From Moniliella sp. 'wahieum' (Eukaryota): a stretch of DNA of 64,000 bases. The notes under the pieces are model-generated. The model did no database searches and was not told the DNA's origin. It saw only the letters and a program-made list of their open reading frames with translations. Both the position numbers and the translations under genes were made by a program. The stretch covers positions 124,001-188,000 of the forward strand of contig RSEE01000008.1 in assembly GCA_003971905.1 (NCBI GenBank), given 5' to 3'. Positions 54,592-64,000 of this stretch are shown here, in pieces; the stretch's first letter is position 1, and the number at the start of each line of letters is the position of its first letter.

Positions 54592-55176
54592 TCATGCGTG
54601 AGAGTTGAACGTTTCCTTCAAGCCACCTCCACCACGGAAAGCACCAGCTGCAATGAAGCCCACAACAGTCAGCATCAGCGATGTGAGGATAAAGTTGATC
54701 CAGCCAAAGGCAATCAGTGTCTCGTTAGCCGAGCAATACTTGATTCCGGTAGTGTTGTAGCTGCAGTTGATGCCACCATGCAACGACTTTGTCAAAGCGG
54801 CAGAAGCAGAGAGCCAAAAGACCCAATCGATGAAAATGAAAACAAAGTGAGAAACAATTGAGGTAAAACAACCGCCCACGCCGGATACGAAGGCGACAAC
54901 CTGATAAAGAGCAGCGAAGCGGGTCAGTAGCCGAGAGAACAGAAGACGGCGGTTATACGGACATAGGCGGTGGCAAAGAGGAAGGAGAACCAGCCAACAA
55001 AGAGGAAAAGGCGGACACGGCCCTTGATCCCCCGGCCAGGATGCTTGGCATCATCCTTGGCGTTGTAGTCGTGGACAAGCACGGAAGCAATGATGGCCAC
55101 GACAAACGAAAAACACCGCGAGGATGGAAAGGGAAATGGGGGCGCCACGGCGCACAACAGTGCTTGCATCGACCAT
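54592..55176 (-). CDS. MARVEL-domain four-TM membrane protein
   Basis: MVDASTVVRRG...FSFVVAIIASVLV...RVRLFLFVGWFSFLF | intron about 54959-54901 | ...FIDWVFWLSASAALT...GGINC...YC..NETLIAFGWINFIL. One frameshift near 55110. Confidence 0.8.
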
Positions 55177-58100
55177 TGTGAAAGAGAAGGGGGGAAGCAA
55201 GAAGGGGATAGGATATGTGGGTGGGACAGAGGGCTGACAAGGAGGAGGAGGAGGTGGTGGTGGTGGTGATGCGAGAAAGGGACCCAGTGGCGGCAAGCCA
55301 GTGGGCAAATGCGTTCGAGCAGGGCGCAAGGACAGGATGCGAGGCGATGAGAGGCCTGAGGGCGATGAATTCAAAGCATCGCGCCAGCCGGGCAGAGGGG
55401 GGGTGTGCTGCGCGTGTGTGCGCAACGCATCGTGGGCAGCGCTAATGAATGCACGGATGGATGCAGGGAGGTGTGACAGCGCTGCAGGACGGCGGGGGAT
55501 GGGGTTGTGTGGCTGGCGAGCATGTGAATGGAGCACATGCGATGACGGCATGGCGTTGGCGCTTGTGAGCACGATCGATGCACGGTGATCGATTAGCGCT
55601 TAGCGCTAGCCCCGCCTCGCCTGTGCTCTGTCCCTTGTTTGTTGTTTGCTGTGCGACAGGGGATGCAGCTTGCAGTAGGCTGCTGCAGGGGGGGATGCCA
55701 GAGGAACAGGGGAGGGGGGCATATCACATGTGAGTGCAGCATATCACATGCATATGTGATGTCATAGGTCATGCATCATGCATCCTTGCAAGCAGCCCTG
55801 CTGGCACACGTGCTGTTAGCTGCTTGGGGGCGCCTGGCAGCCATCTCCTACCACCACCCCCTCTCCGAGCGTGCAGTGCCTATGACTGCTGGGGCTTTCC
55901 CCCCGTACCTATAAGCATCTTGTTGGTCGTTGGTGACGTAGCATCCTCGCGTCGTCATGAACACCGACAGGGGAATCTTTAGAGGCTCTTGCTTGTGGTC
56001 CGGGGGTGGCCGTACCGCACTATAGCAGTCGAATTAATCCTCTTGCAGGTCCACCGCCGGCGTTACGAGCCCCTCGTGCACAAGCCTCAGACACGCGACC
56101 TTTTGGCCTCCTTTTTTTACCGGAGCCCCTTAGGATGTGGTCAACCTCTCCACTCCGAGTCCTCCACACGCGCTCCTCTAGAGTCAAACCGTACGCCTTT
56201 TTTGTGACCCTTTTTCTCCTGCCGCGTTTCAACTTCTTCCTCCGCACCCGACACCTCTCTAGGTTCTTTTTCCCGTAGGCCTCAATTGTCCCCGTACTTC
56301 ATTCCAAGCATCAACTTTGAGCAAACCTTTCATCTGCCAGCAAGAGTCACACCATCGACTAGCCTTTGTTCCACCGGCCTAACTCTCTCTCTGGCCCTCT
56401 ACTTCCCGGGGAAGACATTGCTCCATCGCCGTGTATCGTTCCCCTCAGTGTGGAGCAAGAACCCCTCATGCTCAGTGTCATTTGACGCAAGGGTACTTGA
56501 CTTTGCTTCCGAATATATATTCTCGCTCACACGGATATATAAGCCGTGACGTGTGCCCATTTTCAGGTACAACTTCGTGCCCTTTTTCGCGAATAGTCGC
56601 TCTTGTGGGCAGGTGCGTTGTACAGTGGAACCAGCTAGTAGCCATATCCCTTCACAAGCAGAGCCACCTTCGTGTTTTCATCCATCCAAAACGGAAAATA
56701 GGGGCAGAGACCCGGCTATGACTGACTTGATGAACACTATGTTGAAGTATACATATGTGCACGGTCCAAAAAGGATCCCCGCTATATAGTAGGACTCTCG
56801 CATAGTCTCCTTGCACAAATATGAAGGGATATGTAGCGATCACGCCTTTTCTGTGCATTTGTAGATGTGAGGGTGTGGTAGGACCTCCTTTTAATTATAT
56901 CAAGATGGGGGGGATCTCCTATCTATGTACCCTGTGCTATTCAAGATGGTATTCCATTTGGACAAGGCAAAAGTTTCGCGCGAGACACAGAGGGATTGCG
57001 TACCACTATCCCAGGGGGGGTGGGGCGAAGACCGAGGGGACCAATCAACCATATAATATGGAAGATTGGAAGAGGGGAGGGGAGGGGGGGGTTAATAGGG
57101 GCGAGAAGAGAAATTTGAGAGCCATTGAGAGATCTCACAAGCGGCACATCAGTATCTGCACAGTGCCAGTACTGGTACCTCCAATTCAGTGTTGTGTGCG
57201 TACTTGACCATTACTGTTGACGGCTTAATAGGTAGGCACGTTGATCACTACGCGGCAAACAGAGGTGGGGCCACAGGCTTCTGGTTGAAGAAATAGTGTT
57301 CATCCACCCTCATGTCAGCCAATTTGGGCGAGTACTGCCCGTTATCAAAATCCCGATCAGCTCCATATGGGCCAGTATCGTACCCCGGCATGGGTGTTAT
57401 GAGGGAGGGCCAAGAGATGTCATATTACTGTAACAAGGTCCTTCGCCTTTTGACCACACAAAGGAGTTCGTCGCAGGACTGTTCAAGCGGTCTCACCTCC
57501 AACACGCGCCATGCGTTCACATTCCGATTGTCATTTCCTTCCAAAGCCGCTTCAATGGTGTTGTCCAACCCCATCGTTGGGGTGCCATTCAATAGGGCTG
57601 TTGAAAAAGGTGAGTTGCTGTTTCACATAAACAACAGATGATGTGGAACCACGGACCAGCCACTTGCTGAGCTACGAACTCCCGCATTGTATCTTCGGGA
57701 CGACATGGTGCATCAGAAGGAGCTACTATGTCAGGACGTGGGTAACATATAGGATCGGATATCGAGGACCGCTGAACCGACTGGTCCATCTTTCTTCGTT
57801 CTTCGTTCTGTGTGTTTGTATTTGTGTGCCTCTCTCCCCGTTCGTTGCGAGCCCATCCAAACTCAAGCTAGGGGGTACCGAGAGTCTCAAATCACTCCTT
57901 CGGGGAGGCGGAGAGTTCCCTGGGCGCAGCAGACCCCCACGACTGCGAAACGTCAAGGTCACCCGCAGGTACATCTCAGCAAAGATATATCTCACCCCAT
58001 TTCCTCCCCGCAGAGACCCTGTCGTGCACGGCCTCTCTCCATGGACTGCCTTACTAGGACCGAAGGCACGCCTCCACTGTTGGGTCCTTCATTTTTGTTC

Positions 58101-59693
58101 TGCGTCGTACATTTCGAGGAGTACACGTTCGTGTGATCAACGAACAGCCGACCTCGTTGTGGCTGCAGTAGTGCCAGTGTAGTGTATACGTGTAGAGCTG
58201 ACGGCCCGCATTCTTCTTTACGAAGGAGCAGAGACTCTCCATGAAGATGTGCAAGATGATAGATCATCTTTCCTAGTATTCCCAAGAGGTTTTCGTCCCC
58301 CAGGACCGTTAAAATCGATATGCGGAGAGAGAAAAGTGCCTGTTTGGGCCAGTACATCGTCCACAGCTTTTTTTCTTTTCCGCACCACTGCACTCTCGTT
58401 CATCCCCTTCTTCCATGGCACTTACCGCATCTACTCATGTGTCCAGTCACAATGTGATGGTCACCAATCTTTCGTCCTTTGGTAAAACACGTCGCCCGAC
58501 GGCTGGCACACGGGAGACGTATTCATACTAGTTGTGTATATCGGGCGGGGCTTTCCGGAGCGTTCACCGGCTTCCGGATTTGAAGCTGCCCTTCACATAC
58601 CACACGATCTTGGGCCCTTTAGCTCTGGATGACCATCTCCATTTGGTCTATAACAACCCCACCCCCCACCCCACACCAACCCACCGCTAACTAGACCCCG
58701 TGACAAACTTGTGATGGTTTTTTTTGCCAACGAACATTTGCATTTGCGGTATACACGGCCAGCCGTATAATACTAGTAACACCTATAGTTATCGATATTC
58801 TGCACGAGGAAGTGCTAATAGAAGATTCCTTAGCACCTCAGCGCTGCGCACTGGGGATTCGCTCTGCTTCGCGCTGTCAAAGATTGTTAGCAAAAGTGGG
58901 GTTGTTAGCAAAAAGTGATGGGATGCGGCTTTTGGACCGGAGGAGGATGACAATGACAATTCTCAGTGCCCTCGATAAGCAACCAGGCGAGCGCGGATTT
59001 GCCCCCCCCCTCCATCATATCGTAAAACCACGTTGCTGGTGGAACCCCGAAATCCAACGGCCATATAGTGATGCCGGCCAGTGCGTGCGGGAGAGAAAGA
59101 GGAGAACTGATCGTGACTAAAAAATGGATATACGGAGGATGTGGATACGGACACTGTGAAAGTTTGCCCTTGGTCGGTATTGTTCACGGTCATGGCGAGG
59201 AGCATGCCCGTCGCACCGTCTGTTCCCGGGCTTAAACTATAAAGCCCAGGAACAGGACCGTGATGCGGCGATGACACTGCTGGGGTTGCCTGGGCTGAAT
59301 TGCGAGAGATTGGGGCCGGGCGGGGAGGCTCATGCTTTGTTCGTCCTATTTATAGTTCCGTCGGATGGACCACAGGAGCCCTAGGGAGGAACGGGATGGA
59401 TCCACAGCAACATAGGGCGAGAACCTCGATGACAGGCGGCTGCCACCGGGTCACCTGAGCAGCGAGCGATGGGTAAAAATGCAATGTTGGAACGGGAGCA
59501 TTGAAATTGAATATCGACTGCTGGCCCCGCCAGAACCGCTGAGCCTGACCGGTGACGGTGGCGGGGCGCCTTAGGGTTGCTGTGCCTTATGTCAGCACGG
59601 CCACTGGGCGTGCTCGTCGCAGCCGCATTTCTGGGCTGCTTCGGCTGCGAAGCCCAAGGGGTTGTCTCCGCCCCACCACCTCTGCCGCCGGCC

Positions 59694-62600
59694 ATGGACG
59701 ATCCGTTCGACCATCTCGAGGGTGCGTCCCACTACTCGCACGCCTCCACCCAGAGCAAGAGCACTGTTGCTTCCCGTCTCCCCGACTCCGCTTCGGCCGC
59801 CCCCCCCCTCACCCGGCCCAGTCCCTCGACCTGGACCTGGACCTGAAGCTCAACCTTGATCTCGACCTCAATGACCTGAGCTTGACTAGCCGCGACCTTC
59901 GTGGCCCCTCTCCTCCTGGTAACCACCACCACCACCCCGGGGATGATGATGAGCCCGAGGATGGTGATGACGCCTTTACCTCCTACACCTTTGATTCTGT
60001 TCGCGGGCCCGTTCCGCGTGCGCAGCCTGGTGTCGCTCGTGCCCCTTCGCCCCGTCCTACCAAGCCCAAGACATTCGATGTGTCGCTGTGGACTAAGCAA
60101 ATGGAAAAGTCCTTGCCTTCCCACGCTTGTTCTTACTGTGGTCTCTCCAACCCCGAGAGCGTGGTCAAATGTCTCGTGTGCAAAAAGTGGTTTTGTAACG
60201 GCCGCACCCCCCTGTCGGCCAGCCACATTGTCAACCATTTGGTTCACTCTAAGCACAAGGAAGTTCTCTTCATACCGAGTCACCCTTGGGCGATACGACG
60301 CCCGAGTGCTACAACTGTGGCAACAAGAACGTTTTTATCCTCGGCTTCATCCCGGCCAAGAGCGAGACGGTGGTGGTCCTGCTTTGCCGGCAGCCGTGTG
60401 CGTCACTTCCGAGCAGTACCAAAGATGTGTTGGGACACGTCTCGCTGGGCTCCGCTCATAGAGGACAAGGCTTTCCTCACATGGCTTGTAAAGGCCCCCA
60501 CCGACGCTGAGGAGCCAGGCCCCCAAGCAGGGCATTACCTTCCACCAGATCAACCGTCTTGAGGAGCTGTGGAAGGAAAATTCTCAGGCGACGCTCGAGG
60601 ACATTGACAAGCCTGGGGTGGATGAAGACCCGCCGGGAATTCTGCTTCGATACGAGGACGCGTTCCAGTACCAAAACATTCTGGGCCCGCTGGTCAAAAT
60701 CGAAGCCGATTACGACAAGAAATTGAAGGAGTCGCAGACGCAAGAAAATGTGACTGTTCGTTGGGACCAAGGTCTTAACATGCGCAAAGTGGCATGGATG
60801 TCGCTTCCCAAACTCGAGTCGGGAGAGGTGCGTCTGGCAGTAGGCGACGAGCTGAAGCTCATCTACCGTGGAAGCAACGCTCCCAATTGGGAGGGTCTTG
60901 GCCATGTAATCAAGATTCCCAATAGTGCGTTTTCTCCCTAAATTTTGCTACTACGATGCGTGAGTACTGACATGATCTGGCTGTTAGACATTTCGGATGA
61001 GGTAGCGGTCGAGCTGCGTCGTTCCGACGGGGTGCCGGACCACTGCCAACTGGGGTTCTCTGTCATGTTTGTTTGGAAGTCGACGTCGTTTGATCGTATG
61101 CAGACCGCCATGAGAACGTTCGCGGTGGATGAACAGTCCGTCTCGGCGTTCATTTACCACAAGCTCTTGGGCCACGAAGTGGAGAATGTCTTCCTGCAAA
61201 CTGCTTTGCCCAAGCGCTTCTCTGTCCCGGGCTTGCCCGAGCTTAACCACGGTCAAGTGTTTGCCGTCAAGTCCGTCCTACAGCGGCCTGTGTCCCTGAT
61301 CCAAGGTCCTCCTGGTACAGGAAGACGGTGACGAGCGCTACCATTGTGTATCACTTGAGTCGCATGAACCGGGCCCCGTGTTGGTTGTTGCGCGTCGAAC
61401 GTGGCTGTTGACCAATTGACGGAAAAGATCCATAAGACCGGACTGAAGGTGGTGCGCCTAACGGCCAAGAGCCGTGAAGGGCTGGATAGCCCCATCAACT
61501 TTTTGACCTTGCATGAGCAGGTCGCCCACAACGAAGGCCATGCTGAGCTGCAAAGCTGATCCAGCTAAAAAACGAGCAAGGTGAACTGTCTAGTTCTGAC
61601 GAGCGCAAGTACAAAACCTTGACGCGCGCCTGCGAGCGGCAACTGCTCCACGCTGCCGATGTGATCTGCACCACCTGTGTTGGTACCGGCGATCCGCGGC
61701 TGAGCAAGCTCAAGTTCCGCACCGTTTTGGTAGACGAGGCAACCCAGGCGGCCGAACCCGAGTGTATGATCCGCTCGTGTTGGATGCAAGCAAGTTGTGT
61801 TTGTCGGAGACCATCTTCAGTTGGGGCCGGTGATCATGAACAAGAAGGCCGCGAGCAGGCTTGACGCAGTCGCTCTTTGAGCGCCTAATTATGTTGGGTA
61901 ACAAGCCGATTCGCTGCAAGTGCAATACCGTATGCACCCTTGCTTGTCCGACTTTCCTTCCAACATGTTCTACGAGGGCACCTTGCAGAACGGGGGACTG
62001 CTCCCGAACGGGTACGCAAGAATGTTAACTTCCCCTGGGCCCAACCCTTCGCTGCCCATGTTCTTCTTTTCCAATCTGGGGCAGGCGGAGATATCTTCGT
62101 CGGCACCTCGTTCTTGAATCGGACCGAGGCAAGCAACGTCGAGAAAATTATCACCCAATTTTTCCGTTCCGGCGTGACCCCCGACCAGATTGCGGTTGTG
62201 ACGCCGTGTAGAGGACAACGGTCGTACGTGGTCAACCATATGCAGCTCCATGGTAAACTCAAGAAGGAACTCTACAAGGAAGTGGAGGTTGCGTCCGTTG
62301 ATGCATTCCAGGGGCGCGAAAAGGATTAATTATCCTGTCGTGCGTGCAGCAACGAACACCAAGGCATTGGCTTCTTGTCAGATCGCGCCGTCTGAACGTG
62401 GCGCTGACCCGAGCCAAGTATGGATTGGTGATTTTGGGGAACCCCAAGGTTGTTCTAAGCACCCACTTGGTATCACCTCCTCCAACACTTTAAGGCCCAG
62501 GGGCTCTTGGTCGAAGGCGTGGTTGTCCAACCTTCAGCCGAGCATGATCCAGTTTACGCGCCCGCGTCGGCCGCTTCAACAACCGGGTGACTTGATGGCA

Positions 62601-63175
62601 CGGTACCGCCATGAAGTGGCGTACGATCGCTCCACTCATCCTGGCATGCCGGGTGGGGGCAGCGTGGGGTCCCGTCGTCGTATGGGTTGCCCAACGGTAC
62701 TCCTTCGTCTTTTGCCATGCCCAGCTACCCGCCAAGCTTTGCCACCGGCCCGCCAAGCACGTTTGGGAGTGAGTTTGACACGCAGTCGGTGGCCTCGCTC
62801 AACACGCAGGGCTACCCGGCAGCGCATTTGCCTCCCTATGCGCCGTCAGCCGGTTTGGGTTCCGCTTCGCTTGCAGGCTCGCACGTTGGTCCGACTCACC
62901 ATCAGACCTATGGCCCTGCTTACAGTGCGACCCACCGACGCAAATATGCTGCTTCAAGTTACGCAGCGAGCATGGCGGACACGGAGGAGGAGACGGGGTC
63001 GGTGTACAGCCAAGCGTACGCTGCGCCCATGTCCCTCAACCCGATTGACCGTCTGGACGCCGAATACGATGGGGCGGGTTCAGCCGGGTTCGGAGGCAAA
63101 GGTCTGGGCTTGGAAGACGATGGGCGGTCGACGTACTCGGTGAGCACATCGCAAGCCTCTTTCACCACGTTTTAA
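59694..63175 (+). CDS. UPF1: UPF1/NAM7 nonsense-mediated decay SF1 RNA helicase
   Basis: CH domain HACSYCG...[84 protein letters not shown]. Intron at about 60925-60988, many frameshifts. Confidence 0.96.
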
Positions 63176-63603
63176 CGCGTCTTCACGCTGGCGTCGATGT
63201 CGGCTGCCTTGAGGCAGCATTGGACACGCCTGCCCCGTTGCGCGGACCGGCGTGGGTCGCATGGAAGCGCACGCATAGTGCATCCAGACGGATGGCTGGC
63301 CGATGCGTGCGCGCCTATGACGCCGGATGCGATGCGCAGAGCGCAGCCGTTGTGCGCTGGGTACTGGACCCCCACCCCATCCCCCCTCCGCGCGCTCACT
63401 TACACTGGCGACTGGGGACGCGCTGGGGCGGCATGGCGGCGAACGCTGCTGGCTAAGATACTGCAGAGGGTTGGTGTGGGTGCATGCTGCGGCCGGCTTC
63501 AAAGGCGACAACACAACGGGATGGATGGAAGAATGATTGGATGGGCGATAGGACGATGGGCCGAGGAAAGGGGAGGACGCAGGGAATGCTTTAATGAGAG
63601 TAT

Positions 63604-64000
63604 TTAATGAGAGTATATGGCCATGTCCGTGCCAAGCGGGGTTAGCATGGGGCGGAATAAAATCATTGCACCGACGAGCGGAACAGCATGACTGCGGTGG
63701 TGCCAGGCAGAAGGCCAGTGCGCGGGGGGCGGCTGGGCCTGGCTGGGCCCTGGGCTGTCGTCGTTGCCGTTACCATCGCCATCGCCATCGCCATCGCCAT
63801 CGACGCTGCCTCCACCCCCCACCACCCTCGTCTCTGTCCCATCTGTCGCCCGCCCGCTGCTTTGGCCACACACCCTCCGCCCTCGCCTTCCACCGCCACT
63901 GCTGCCCTCCCCCTTGGCTGGAGCGATGCCTGACTCGCTCCGCCGACCCAAGCTTGTTGTATCTTTTGTCTCTCTTGCCCCTCCGCCTTCGTCGCCTGAG
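63604..64000 (-). CDS. Possible 3' end of a gene continuing beyond the window
   Basis: GC-rich open frames with (GATGGC)n Asp-Gly repeats ending near 63604, convergent with UPF1. No family recognised. Confidence 0.3.
   Translation of the reverse strand, partial: SGDEGGGARETKDTTSLGRRSESGIAPAKGEGSSGGGRRGRRVCGQSSGRATDGTETRVVGGGGSVDGDGDGDGDGNGNDDSPGPSQAQPPPAHWPSAWHHRSHAVPLVGAMILFRPMLTPLGTDMAIYSH

Overview
Eukaryotic, fungal DNA: GC-rich, few short GT-AG introns, probably a basidiomycete of the Ustilaginomycotina type (inferred from gene style only). Conserved genes flank an accessory island. Left (1-33 kb): SMC5 3' part, lipoate-protein ligase, KRE6/SKN1-like GH16, flavohemoglobin with a probable mitochondrial presequence, AIF/AMID-like oxidoreductase, secreted aspartic protease, TIM50, a ~47-unit (TTTTCG)n tract, a full-length ABCB/MDR transporter, an intron-containing tRNA-Gly(GCC), an MSC2/ZnT5-like zinc transporter, a coiled-coil hypothetical and a secreted BBE-like FAD oxidase. 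Right: a MARVEL-domain gene and UPF1/NAM7. Most coding regions, including essential genes, carry 1-bp frameshifts, which most likely reflects unpolished long-read assembly error. The most interesting part is the ~33-59 kb island. It holds a tandem segmental duplication (about 34.9-39.05 kb vs 40.57-50.65 kb) carrying four members of an unrecognised cysteine-free secreted protein family (two on +, two decayed on -). A Helitron-like element (A|TC...twin GNA-triloop hairpins...CTAG|T) sits exactly at the duplication junction and contains a CRE-type retrotransposon endonuclease fragment between ~230-bp inverted repeats. A second related terminus lies at 53.8 kb, and Copia and other insertions are specific to the second copy.
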